From Tubulanus polymorphus (lineage: Eukaryota > Animalia > Nemertea), in NCBI RefSeq assembly GCF_964204645.1, contig NC_134030.1:8227122-8291121 (forward strand): DNA of 64,000 bases. Reading direction: 5' to 3'. Both the position numbers and the translations under genes were made by a program. Shown piece by piece: positions 43,843 to 56,362 of this stretch; within the stretch, counting starts at the first letter, position 1; each line of letters starts with the position of its first letter. The notes below the pieces were generated by a model. The model made no database searches. It was not told the DNA's origin and saw only the letters and a program-made list of their open reading frames with translations.

Positions 43843-44462
43843 TCACGATTTTTTGAACGGTAATAATTTATGAGTCCGAGAGATACCCGAGTCTTTCTCG
43901 CACAGCTGCCGTGCGCTGAACGTAGATACACCGATCCCGAACGCGGCGGCTAGTACGAGAATTTTCGTGCTCAGATCGCCTTTCGCCGAATTCGATGACG
44001 GCGACGCTCCTTGTTCCTGAAAAATAAGTCAAATAGTGATACTCGTGAGAAAACAACAACTTAAAACTACATACACAACAAAATACTAATGTAGACGAAA
44101 AACAGATAAAACATGCAGAGTTCGATCTAAGGAATGAAAGCCACTTGCCCGGGGGCAAGCATATCTGAAATTTTGCTTGCCCCCTCCAAAAGCTACTTGC
44201 CTTACACAGGCAGTCCGATTGGACTGGTGGCACTTAATCATCAGTGTATCGAGTAGGGAAAAAGCTTTGACATAAAATTGCACTAGGCCGGGGGCAAGTG
44301 ATAATGATAACCTACTTGCCCTGAATATACTTGTCCTGGGCATTCGGACGAGTGCCTAGTAGTTAGATCGGACCCTGACATCGCCATCTGGATTTATATA
44401 CTGACCTGAGCTCGTAGGAATGGCATCCCTTGCCTCGAAAAAAATCGAAATGTTGAAGACAT
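43843..44462 (-). CDS. 76-aa single-pass microprotein with mitochondrial-presequence-like N-terminus (2 coding exons)
   Basis: Exons 44406-44462 (AAAACCATG start, MSSTFRFFSRQGMPFLRAQ, CAG|GTCAGT donor) and 43843-44016 (TTTTTCAG acceptor, EQGASPSSNSAKGDLSTKILVLAAAFGIGVSTFSARQLCEKDSGISRTHKLLPFKKS*), phase 0/0. An upstream non-coding exon has a GAG|GTAAGT donor at 44811. Confidence 0.7.
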
Positions 44463-44799
44463 GGTTTTGTTGGCAATTAGTGTCCGTAGTACGTGCACTA
44501 ATGAAATCCTCTCCGTATAATTAGGTGTGGACCTTCCGTCTTTTCCACAACGACGCACTTTATAGTCTATACGCTACTGCTAGCTGAAGAAAATAATGAA
44601 TCTTTATTAGATTTCCAAAAATCAGACCCTCGGCAAGTTTGAATGGATACAAAGTGACCTCTGGCGCGCCGCCAGAGCGTGACATGTGCGTGTCTACGTA
44701 ACAGCACTGTGTCTGTCTATTAAGTAGTACAGGCAATAAAATGACTTTAATTGAATTGGAATAAAAGATTCGACCCGCCGGTACTTTTAATCGGTGTTT

Positions 44800-45340
44800 T
44801 ATATCACTTACCTCAAATTTCAACTGATCGTGAGTGCAGCCGCAGCTTACGTGATTAATTTACACAACACACCAATCAGTCCAAACAAATACAAAGATTT
44901 TTCCTTCTTACAACATGTACAATTACTTAACCACGACCCAAGGCCGCCCAAAGTCATGTGGAGTCTTGAGTTATAAACGAAATGAAATGACGATATCAAT
45001 ACGAATTTTTTCAACGATGCTGGATATGTAATCATTCCCTTTATAGCTTTCACATAAAATATCATATCAATAAATTTTGCTAGTAAATTAGGCAAAAGAT
45101 AACTCATTTTGTGATGAACAAGATATCACGTTTCATTGAAATATTTCGATTTTTATTTTCGATCACCTGTATACACGCGGCGCCTGATCATGGTTCGGCC
45201 GAAATTCGAGTGGTGCAAACTCGAGAATCAAAGAGGTCAATCCTCGACCGATATTTATTGATAAATTCCCCCATAAATTCCTTTACACGACACTCGATTC
45301 ATACTGATTAATGACGATATCGTTTCAAGGTTGATCGTAA
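44800..45340. promoter_or_regulatory. Probable bidirectional promoter between the microprotein gene and the large plus-strand gene
   Basis: Minus-strand Inr TCAGTT (~44825) with a GTAAGT donor at 44811; plus-strand GTAAGT donor at 45337 followed by a TTTCCAG acceptor at 45470. Confidence 0.45.
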
Positions 45341-46577
45341 GTTATATTTACTAATTTAGTGAGCTCATTTTTTAATCTGATTTCACTCTTTTTAAGCTAT
45401 AGACTGATTAAACTGTTAAAAACTAGTAAACGAACAAGTTAAAAATCTACAAATTCAATTTTATTTCCAGCTTTTTTGCATCAATCTAAATCTAAGATAA
45501 AGAGGCAGGTGATGTTTTTTGCCAAAGTGGCATAATTCCAGTTAATGCTTTGCCGACAACTGGTTCTGACGAGCCATTGATACCACGGCCCGCGCACACT
45601 GAGACTCAAGAGAGTGAGGTGCGCGACTATGTAGGCCTCTACTAACTTGAGTCTAGACTATTCCACAGGCTATGGTATATATAAAATAACTTACGTTGAG
45701 TTGTTTGTGAGCGTCGTTAGCCCCCTTGTTATTTTATATATACTATACACATTGTATTAACAGATTATCGTTTTTACATTACCTACAACTCTGATAGTGA
45801 TACGAGCCCCTGTGGACTATTCAAAGCCGAAGGTGTGGAGATCAGCGTTAAAGAAAATGAGTGGACAACAGTATTTTAACCCAGGCCAGCATATTGCTAG
45901 CATCTAACCCTATAACCCTATCACTGGCTGTGGCTCTAAAATCAACCCTCAACCTAAACGTCTGGACCCGTATCCTATGAAAACCCAAAATAGAATGAAA
46001 TAATGTCATTATTATCTTATTATATAAAGATATCGGCAAAATGGCTTTAGGCCAAATTATTGCAGCATGGGCAAAATATCCACTTTCTAGATAAGATGAA
46101 ATTAGCACTCTTTTTGTCAGTTTAGTGAATGATTTTCTGAGTAGAGCCGTATAAGCCTACCACAAGATTGCCGTTCTTATGTCATGATGACCTTTCAATT
46201 TCCTGACCGACAAGTTTCAAGTTGCAAAAATTAGAAAATGTTTGAACATATGAATATTTTGAGATTGAGATTGAATTTCCTCATAAACAAGAGCTTTAAA
46301 AGATTGTAGAGACTGCAGTTTAGGTTTTCTTCATTTTGTATCTAATCATATTTGAATACCAGACATTGTTACGGTTCCCTACAACTTGTTTGGGGTTTAT
46401 GGTTAGTATTTAGCCGGTTAAATTCTAGACTAACCATAACCCTAATCCATAGAAGCCTTACATGAGCATCACATAGCTGGAAGGTGACCTAAACTGCAAT
46501 AAGACGGGTGTATTAATGACGCATTTATTTGTCCAATCATTTTCAAATTTTTTGAGTCGGATCTTTTCTCTTTCCAG

Positions 46578-48615
46578 AGATTCGATATCTCGTCAGGTTT
46601 TATGGCTGAACCGAAGACGCAACACAATGTGAGCTTCAGCAGCTCGGTGAATACTGTCGAATCGGACGGACCGAGCGAAAGAGGAAGATCTTCCAGAAAA
46701 AAGGATATTACATTCGTAAGGGTCGCAGAGCGTTCGGCGTCAAACAACCGTAATCATGAAATGTTCTTCCCGAAAAGCAGCCACATTCACGTTCCGCACC
46801 GGAATACGCGCGAAGGTAATTGCGACAAGATCACTCGATTCGCCAGTCCGACGCGGCACCAGGTGGAAACCGAGGTGATCACCCGCGTGCCGCAGTCGTA
46901 TCTGACCAGTCTTTCAGCGGTCGTATCGTCAAAAAAAGTAGTCAAGCGACGCGCGTCGAACGATACCCAGGATCCCGACGCGAACGATCAGAACGTCAGC
47001 TTCGCGTCGAGTAGCAGCAATAAGTCGTGCGAATCGGATCAGACGCCGGCCGTCGATTACTGGGACGGACGCCGCGGGCAGAAAAAATACCAGAGCATGC
47101 CGCACACGATAATGACCGAGCGATTGCACGCGTTGAACAAGAAAACGCAGGAGATCGTCAAAGATCGCAAACAGCGACAGAAAGAGTTCCAGAAGGAACT
47201 GTACGACATTCGTGTCGGCAAAGCGTACGATCGCGACCGGCAAATATCGCACAGTATCAGCACGGAATCGTCGCCGTATCGGACTCCGGTGAGCGGCAGC
47301 GCGGCGTGCAGTCGCGAACTGCTCTGCTCCCCGGCGCACGTTTCGAATAAAACGCCACCCGACACATCCAATCATCGGCGCGACATTCCGACGCCTCCGC
47401 TTAGTTCAACGCCGAATTCGAACGCTTCGTCGAACGCGCGTCGCCAGTTTTTCTCGTCGACACCGGAGATGGCGGCGTCGAAAATCTACCAGTCGTCATC
47501 CGCGGTCGGTCACGCATCGAACAAATCGAGTAGCCTCGACGCGGTGGTCGCGACGCCGGTCGATAAAACTGCGATCACCGGCAGCGGTAATAGCGTCTCG
47601 TCGGTCGGCGCCAAAGATCCGCGTATTAAAGTCGTCGTAACGACCGAGCACTGCGTCGATAAGAAGACGGATTATTATCGACTACGCGACCGCTACGATC
47701 CGGCGGAGGTCGAATCGGACGCGACGACGCGAGCGATGAACGATATGAGACTGACAAGCGACGATCGTCTGAAAACGCCGACGACGAATAACGTCGCGAA
47801 TAATCATTCAACGGATTCCGACCATCCTCCGCACCAGCAGCAGCAGCAACGCGCTCAATCTCCTAACAGCAATAATAAAAAATCGCTAAGCGCCACGATT
47901 AGTAACTTCATACGTAAAATGTCGCCACATTTGCGACGCAAAGGCGGCAAAAACGCGGCGTCCGAAACAAGTGATAGCAAGAAAGACGACGTAGTTTCGG
48001 CGAAGGCGACGGAAAGCGATTGTTCATCATCGGTCAGTATCGGCTCGAGTCAGTCGGGTAGCCCGGCCCGTAGTAATAGCAGTAGTAGTAATAAGCCTAG
48101 TCGCGGCAAGAAAAGTCCGCTGTCGTCTCCGATCCGTAAACTGATACCGACCGGTAAACGTTCGACGGCCAGTAGCGATTCGGCGACGGTTATAACGACG
48201 GCGTCGGACAAGAAACCGGCAACGTCAACGGATTCGTCGTCGTCTTCCGAGAAGTTGAACACTTCGGCGGACAGCGCGACGAAATTGATGCTGAAAAGCA
48301 TCGGCGACAACGCGGCCGCCGATAAAAACGTTTACTCGCATTTCAAAGAGAAGCACCGCTCGTCGCCGACCGAAATGAAACAGCAGCAGCAGTCGCAGCA
48401 GCTGAGCTCGCCGTTACGCGCGACTGATCAGTCAACATCCCATCAACAAACTGGCGCGGCGATGACTGCTGCTGTGAACTGTGGCGCGGCGACCGGTAAA
48501 CCACCTCCTCACAGTTTGAACGTCCGTAATGTGTCTGTGATGACGAAAAAATTGGTGCATAGTAATATATCGACTGAGTCTATTGGTGATTGTTCACTCG
48601 ACATAAACATGATGG
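46578..48615 (+). CDS. Large Ser/Thr/basic-rich, probably disordered N-terminal coding exon of an unidentified gene that continues downstream
   Basis: 683-aa ORF from ATG 46602, GC- and CpG-rich against an AT-rich background. TTTCCAG acceptor at 46577 (frame open from 46578); ATG G|GTAAGT phase-1 donor at 48616. No domain recognised. Confidence 0.85.
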
Positions 48616-51176
48616 GTAAGTATCTGATCTGTTTAGATAGCTTGATTGTTTAGCTCAACTTTTCTGTATTAGACTCCAAGGGCCAGTTGCATAGCCACGG
48701 CTTAGACTTAAGACTAGTGACCAACTTTATACTTCTATAGCCAGTCTAACAACTTAAGATCAGTCTTAACATTTGAGACAACTTTTGCATTTAAATCACG
48801 ACTGTGCAACCAACCTCAGGAGCCAGGACCCATATTTGAGTTAGCTCTGATCATGGACTCTAAAAGAGTCCATGCCCTGTCCTAAAAATTCTTTTTTGAT
48901 GAGTTAACTCGATCTCAACTGCAGACTCGAACTTATAACTATAGAACTGAACTGGATCCAGCAGCACAGATAAAGCTTAGACTTAAGCCCTTCAACAAGA
49001 CTCAATCTAACCTTTTATTTATTTATTGATTTATGAACTTAAAAATCTTGACTGTGCGAACATGTCTGGATATCTGATTTGAATGTTAGTAGCGGTAGTT
49101 AAGTTCCTTTTATGTGGATTGTATGAGAACAATAATGAAATCGGCTTTATGGGAAATCTGACATGCTCGTGCGCATTAAGATAAAAATCTGGATCGAATG
49201 GAAGATTTAAAAAATTGACAAGATTTTATCATGCCGGCGTATGTGTCATCGGAGATATTTGATGTTGGATCAGTCGAGGCAACATGATTGATGTCGACTC
49301 GACAGGATTTGATACGAGATTATTGACGAAAGATATGAAATTATTCTCGTCTATGTAGAAACGACCAAAATAAGAATATATCAATTTAGTTTCGTGTTCG
49401 TTAATGACAGGCGCATATGGTATATATGTTAAATGGTACTTCACACAAGAGATGCTACGATCGTTTTCGAACGTTTGTAGTCGTTTTCATTTTCCCATCT
49501 CCCGTCGTAAAATGTCAATTACGTCTAGATTTTCGTATCGCGCGACGTTTCGTAAATCGTCGTCCTACGCGAGACGCTAATTCGATTAACCCTCGTTCAT
49601 AGTTTACATTCTTTCATCTCCAGTCGTATAATGCGTAACATGTCCTATAAAATGTCTCGTGACAGCTGCTAGTTGACCATCGGACAATTAACTGTGTGTG
49701 TGTTGTGGCCGATTTGTGTATTATCGGGGATCGACCGATGATTCAGTGGTCCCTATGAGATTCATCGGGCCCATCTGTCGCATCGGCGTTATTATTGCGT
49801 AAGCCCTCCCGGGTTCGTGGAAGATCAGTTAAGGCAGTGTTTTACATTTCCGATTTGTTATTACGTTGTATGAATCACTGGCGGCAGTAGTTCGTGTACG
49901 GCATCTCGTGCTATTTTGTTAATAATACGACTTGTAGATATTTAAAAAAGATTTTCAAGAAGTGAATCATGACTTTATAAAAACTTGTGCCTTGTTTTCG
50001 ACAAATGGATTTGAAAATTACCTAGTAGCCCGTGTATGCAATTTTCTAACAGGGTCCCTTCAACTCCCTGATTCCTTAATAAGTCCTTCTAAACAGAAAA
50101 TGCTGTTAAAGGTGCTTGAAACTCCTTTAATTTGAGGAAAATACCCAAAACTCCATCAATTCTGGAAAATAGGCAATTAGAAATTTTTGTCTAGTTTACA
50201 ACTGTACAGTAAACTTAGATCGATGCAGTCGGGACCCGGATTTGTCTTTACCCAATTATGCATGTAACAACTCGATCGCAGCTTTTATCATTTAGAAGGG
50301 CAAGATTTTAAGTAGAATTTTTTTGAAAGTTTTTGGAGGTGAAATCAGCATTTATTGAAAATTTTGAAAAAATTTGCCAGTATTCAAAGCCGCGAAAACT
50401 CGGACTCACAAGTGACGCCGCTTATTTCCACAATACTAATCGCAGTGACGCGAGTCCACGATGAAAAATACCGAGAAAATCCTTCTCCGAAAACTGATTA
50501 ATCATTACGCAATGAGATTATTCATGCTTGAATTGTGGCGTTTTTAATCCGCGATGATTTTATTATTGCGAATCATGAATCGCTCTCGGGAGTGCAGTTT
50601 TGTAAGTTACCCCAGTGTGGCTGATGCACACACGCAGCTGTCAGCAATGAATATATATCAACATGACTCATGCTGAGATGAGAATCTATCGATTTTCCGA
50701 GGCTCGCGCTCGCTCGCGTGTTGGTTTCGTAAATATCGATCGTAGCCGCAGACATCAACCTCGCGTCCAACCTGTGGAGTTTGATTCTCTCCATGATCAC
50801 CGCTAGATGGCAGCACTTAATACGCTAGCAGAATCTCGGTATGGTTTCAGAATCAGACGCGGATGTAGTAGGGGTGTTGAACGTACGTACGTACGCACGT
50901 GTGTTAGTATCAGATCGGTATCTATGACTCAGTCGACATGCCGGTGTACACTGGATTATAATATTGTTGAAATAAAAAATAGAAGAAGAGTTCTTTATTA
51001 TTATGAATCGGACTGACGAACGGAAAACGTATTTCTCATCGACTCATTCGTAAGGACTGAAATCCGGCGCCGTACGCTACAGCTGTTCTTTCGTTCAGAT
51101 ACAAAGCCAAGGATTTTACTTACATAGATATTTACGGAAAAAGTTGTTCACGTTTTTGAAGGAAAAAACGACATCG

Positions 51177-51288
51177 ATGTCGTCGATAAAGTGTTACATG
51201 CAAGGCTGTCTTCAGAGGACGTGGAGATGGACCTGTTGTGGTTCGCAGCGATATTGCTGCCTGTCCTCGTCCGCCTACGCCATGAAAG
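51177..51288 (+). CDS. Candidate alternative first coding exon (Cys-rich: MSSIKCYMQGCLQRTWRWTCCGSQRYCCLSSSAYAMK)
   Basis: ATG-initiated, 37 codons + 1 nt, AAG|GTATGG phase-1 donor, preceded by a CpG-rich promoter/UTR-like stretch (~50400-51100). Confidence 0.5.
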
Positions 51289-51511
51289 GTATGGTAATTT
51301 TTTTCATAAGCTATATCTGATGTTTTTCATTCTTGCCTCTACTCGATTCCGATTATAGGTATTTGGATTTGTATGTATTCCTTTTGTCGTATTTCCCGAT
51401 GAAAAATGATGACTTTTTTTCGCCCGGATATTCTTTTGTTGTCTGATGGCTCGGGAGGTTTGTCTCGCGCACACACTCTCGAGGGAATCGATATTCAGGT
51501 AACAGCGATGC

Positions 51512-51878
51512 GTCATTGGTTTATGTCTTTCTCTCGCACTGACGCTTAATTCTCCCATAATGCAGTAATACTATGTCCAAGGACGACTTGACCTGAAGAC
51601 GACCACGCATTCTGTGTAGTAGATGCTGCAGTGTAATACATTTGATTAATTCGATGTTTCTTTCGACCTGAAGATTCCGTGTGCTATGTGTCATTGGTTT
51701 ATGTCTGTCTCGTACTGACGCTTAATTAATGCTCCCGTAATGTTGTATAATTACTATGTCCAACGACAACCGTTCTTGACCTGAAGACGACGCTACTATT
51801 CCGTGTAGTGAATGACGCTGCTGCTGCAGTGTGACACATTTGATCTATTCAATGTTTCGACCTGACGATTCCGTGCGG
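51512..51878 (+). repeat. Diverged ~180-bp tandem duplication
   Basis: Units begin GTCATTGGTTTATGTCT at 51512 and 51690; both contain CTGACGCTTAATT, ACTATGTCCAA and TTGACCTGAAGACGAC. Confidence 0.8.
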
Positions 51879-51984
51879 TGAATACTGAAGAGCAAGAGAT
51901 TTGATCTCGTATTCACAGTTCCTGATCTGAAGATGAATGGTTCTTCGTAGTGAATAATGCTGAAGAACAACTAATCTGATCTTA

Positions 51985-52211
51985 AAATATGAGTCCCACA
52001 ATCACAAGTTCGAAAGAGATTTTAAAACATCAAAACTATAAAGAATTTATTAAAACCTCGAATTTTCGGTTTTATCCTAAAAAACCATTCTCAAGAGAAT
52101 GAATGAATTCACTCTTGAGAAAGGTTTTTAGGATTCGAGGTTTTAATGAATTCTTTATAGTTTTGATGTTTTAGAATCTCTTTCGAACTTGTGATTGTGG
52201 GACTCCTATTT
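51985..52211. repeat. ~227-bp near-perfect foldback (long inverted repeat)
   Basis: Left arm GAGTCCCACAATCACAAGTTCGAAAGAGATT... is the reverse complement of ...AATCTCTTTCGAACTTGTGATTGTGGGACTC; the arms meet near 52100. Confidence 0.95.
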
Positions 52212-55200
52212 CATTTGTCTCTCGCGATTTATTGCGTAGTTTTATCACGTAATCTGATCTTCGTGTGTTCCTGTATTAACAGCAATCAGCAGCTCCAACT
52301 GACTGTCTCGTCACAGAATGTACATTCATATTTGGATATATGATCGATATGAAGTAATTTTTATGCTACAATATAAGTTACATGTCAACAATACATGTGC
52401 AGAGCGCTTAGCCTACCTGGAGATCAGGGGATAAGTCTGAGAATTTTGTTTAAAAAAAGAGCTAAAAATCAGGGAAAAGTTGGAAATTCTGTGAGATTGC
52501 TTTATCACAAGTATAATCAAATTTCTATCTATGTCTTACATATTTGGTTGCGTTGATCGATTGGATTCATAGCAGATCAAGTCAGAGAAAAGAATGTGCA
52601 TGTCAGGCAATTGTCAGGGTTAAAGCAAGTCAAATAAAAGTAGCCAACCTGATGTGTTTTTTGGTTTTATGTGGTTAACTGTTAGCCAAGTGGCTAAAAA
52701 GCTTTCGGCCCTTCACAGGTCTTGTCATCAAGGATTGATGGATTCAAATCCGTGTGGTGGCTGAGTGGCTGAGTTCTTACACAGTCTCTGCATGGCACTG
52801 CAGAAAAAAAATCCTGAAATAGTAGAGCAGAGCCCAGTTCCATAACGACTTTAATAAAAAAGCAGTCTTAAATCTTTGAGATTGGTCTTAAGTTGTTAGC
52901 CATAGAGGACAAAGATGGCGTCAGACTGGTCTTAGGTCTAAGCCATGATGTACAAGATCTCGGGCTGGACGAACAGTCGTAACTCCAAAAGTAGCCTCAA
53001 ACCTTAAGACTTAGAATGGCTAAAACTAAATTGTCATACTCTTGTCTAAGCCATGCATAGTCTTGTCAAAGCCATGAATATGCGACTGTCCCAAGCAGTA
53101 CCTCCCTGGGTAGAGGGGTACTTTTTATACAATAAACAGAAATATCCATCAGATTTGTATGATAGATTTGTACATTGTTCTCTGTGGCTGTTGTTGTATA
53201 ATGATATAAGCCGCTGTTACTGTGAGTATTATCATCGGTTGATTGCGCACCGTGTATCGTTCATTCATCAGGATAGGTCAGTTGTCATAATCTTCTGTTC
53301 AATTAAGCATTTATTGCTAGCCGATTGAACTAGTCATAACCTCTGAACTTGATGCTTGAGGTTGGCAAAATTCAGATTAATCCATATCCACCGATCGATG
53401 ATTAGTTTAGCCAAGTTTTTGCTCTGATGTCGTCGCTGTTCTTGCGTTGGTAGAATCAGTTGAAAATTGGATGAGAAAGATTCGGTATCGCAGGATTTGA
53501 TTGCATTCATAGTGATAGCTTTAAGTAGTTTTGGTTTTGTCGCACATATCCAGTAGAGGGCCACTCTGAGAATAACTAAATCGGCACATCCAAACAAAGC
53601 ATTCGGGGCCAGTCGTGGCTCATAATGGTTGCAGGGTTCATAGCAGTCCTTGTAAGTCCTTAAAAGTTTTGAAATGGGAATTGGGAATTCAAGGCCTTGA
53701 GCAACGTGGAATGGGCTCTAAAATTCCTAAATCATTGTCATTGTCCTTGAATGGCATCAGTCATTAGTTATCATGTGCAGATCCAAGATTCAAGTTCACT
53801 AGTACAGCTCTTAAAATCTATTGATTTAATATAGGAATGCCTGGAAAATGTAGATGTCAGGATTTCTGGCGTTAAGCATGACGGTTAGATATAAGTTTCG
53901 GAATCTGAGTAAAAAAAAAACCTAGAAAGTCATTAAATGAGATCGGACATGGACACCATGAACCCTGTGGTTGTCCATCGTGGTAAAGCCGAGGACACAC
54001 TGGGCGATTTCGTTGGTTTAGACCGGTCTAATTTGGCACGGGCTAAAAGAGCGAACCAGGTCCGGACCAAATTTTGGACAGGTCTTAATATGTGTGTGGA
54101 CAGTAACTGGTACCAGGTCCTGTCTGACGAAATCGCCCACAACCCAGTGCGTCTGATGCTTAACTTCATTTCTGGTGAACGGGAAATGATTTGCACGGCG
54201 AAGTCCGATCAGAATTTCATGCTTGCAGTTCGCCTATGTCGCTGAACGTATTTCAAACGCACAATGGTAAAAAGGATCTAGTTGAAACGCTTCAGACGAG
54301 GATAGAACAGGTAATAAATAGTTTTTAATAGCAGGTGTATACGAAACGATCATTCATATACACGGCCCACGGTTGCTGTTGCTGCCACGCACATTTTGCT
54401 TACACTTTATGCTCAACGTTCCCCGCATACCTTCAAAGTAAAAAACGAACCGAAGCAAAAATGACGAAGCAAGATTTTATTTTCAGACTATTCTCTGATG
54501 ATGAGTGATGAAATGTGTATCTGAATTAAGCGCTAGTCTGTGTATATCGTGTATGATATAGCTGAAGGAATCGGCGTTTTTGAAAACCGAGAAAATGCGG
54601 TGAAAGAAGTGATTATTGCCCCACACTCCTTGTGACTAATGTGTACAGGGGTGGGAGCACAAAGAACACATTTTCCCACGCCCTTTTGAAAATATGATGG
54701 CAATTTTTTCGGGGCACTTTTTCCAGTGGGATCCTAATAAGACCTTGGGGATGCCCTTTTGGTTTCTATATGGTCCCATCAAAGTTAGCCCCTGGATCCG
54801 CCTTTTGGAGTATGTGGTTAAAGGTAGCAGTCAAATGCCCGGGTCTACGGTTTCTGGGTTTGATACAAGGGGAGAGAGTTTGATAATTCAGGGATGAAAA
54901 TCTTCCGACCATAGACGGATTTCCGACCTTTTCTAACATTTTATTTATTCCTGAGAAAAGTGTAAATCACCTCTATCGCGGGCGTCACATCGGAGCGCTC
55001 CGTAGTTAGGAGTGCTCCTTAAGACGGTTTTTGGCAGTTGTTAGCACAACTGTAGAGTCGGAGAAACCAATATGGCGTCTCATTCAAAAAGCGGCTCTAA
55101 TTCAGGCCCAAAGTATTAACATTTTGACCAAAAGGAAGTAAGTTTTTTGGCTAAAAGTTACTGATTTTTGTTCCCCAAAAAAATTCTTTTTTTTTGAAAA

Positions 55201-56090
55201 TATTTTCCGACTTTTTCAATATAGGCCGTTTTCATCCCTGATAATTGATGAAGAACTAATTTTGATTCACAGTGGGTCGTCGAATTCAATTAAAATGACG
55301 GTGATGAATTCTTTAAAATGTGCATTATTTTTCTTTCCGGGGGAGGGTGTTGCTTTTCTGTCTTAGATAGTATAAACCACTTTATATAACAAATTGCTTA
55401 GATTAAATTAGTATTTACTTGATACTAAACAATGCTTAATCAAAGCAAAGTGGGTCGTTTCCGGTACGAGTGGCGATTCAAATGCCGGCTCGTGCCCATT
55501 TGGTACACGTGTGAACAGTTGTTCCGGGCCAAAAACGCTCTCGTGATAGTGATCGATATTTTTGACTCGATATCATCGTACTCGCTAACTATGCCACTTA
55601 TGATGAAAAAACATCTGAATATCAAATATGTTTTAATCTCCCAGGCATGTAGTTATCAAATATCAGATCGATGTTTGGATGTTTGTTCGATTACATTCAG
55701 CAGTAAAGTACGTACGTGCGTTGTTCGGATATGATGATTATAAACTGTGCACCTGTTACACAATCATTCCACAATAAACCCAGCCTCTAGAAATCGTTAC
55801 AAACAGCAGAACTAAACTGTACACTGTGTCCAACTCATTTATGAATTTCCAGCATTTTCATCATGATTAAGTTCTATTTCTAATCATGAGTGAATGGACA
55901 CGGCGGCGGCGTGTGAATTAATGAAAAATATTTTGATTGATTACATGATTACAAAATTCCTGTTGTGAATCAACAGAAAAAAATCTGTTACCCCGTTTTT
56001 CACTTGATTTTTCAGTATTTCCTCATGATTAAGTACCTTTTCTAACTACGGGCGAATGAATTTAGAAAAAATTATCTTTTGATCGATTAA

Positions 56091-56362
56091 CCCTTTCAGT
56101 GTTGGCTAATTAATACCCTATAGTGCTGAAGATAATTTGAAAATTCTGAAAAATTCCACCCTAGTGTGTTGAATAACGGGAATAGCACTATAGTGCGTCT
56201 ACACCCTGGCGCGGTATATCGTTAGTTACTAATATTTCGCTATGTTTGATAGGTGCTGCCATCTTTCAAGAGAGATAATTAGTAATTACTAATTAAATCA
56301 ATACACCGCAGTGCGGTGTACTAGCAAAATCCATCACTGATTCGTACGCCGCACTGAAAGGG
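56091..56362. mobile_element. piggyBac-type MITE
   Basis: TTAA|CCCTTTCAGTG ... CACTGAAAGGG|TTAA: TTAA target duplication, CCC/GGG termini, 11-bp TIR, 272 bp. Confidence 0.8.

Noticed and set aside
43868-44233. 121-aa minus-strand ORF from the track
   Set aside because: It starts inside a repeat-containing intron. The spliced phase-0 frame with a good start context and a TM helix is more coherent.
45905-45990. Telomeric TAACCC-like repeats
   Set aside because: There are only two or three degenerate units, not an interstitial telomere array.
46469-48310. Several antisense and alternate-frame ORFs overlapping the 683-aa ORF
   Set aside because: These are expected shadows of a GC-rich coding exon.
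51227-51288. Signal-peptide-like frame MDLLWFAAILLPVLVRLRHE
   Set aside because: It ends in phase 2 and lies downstream of other ATGs. The phase-1 Cys-rich frame fits the other alternative exons better, though this frame is not fully excluded.
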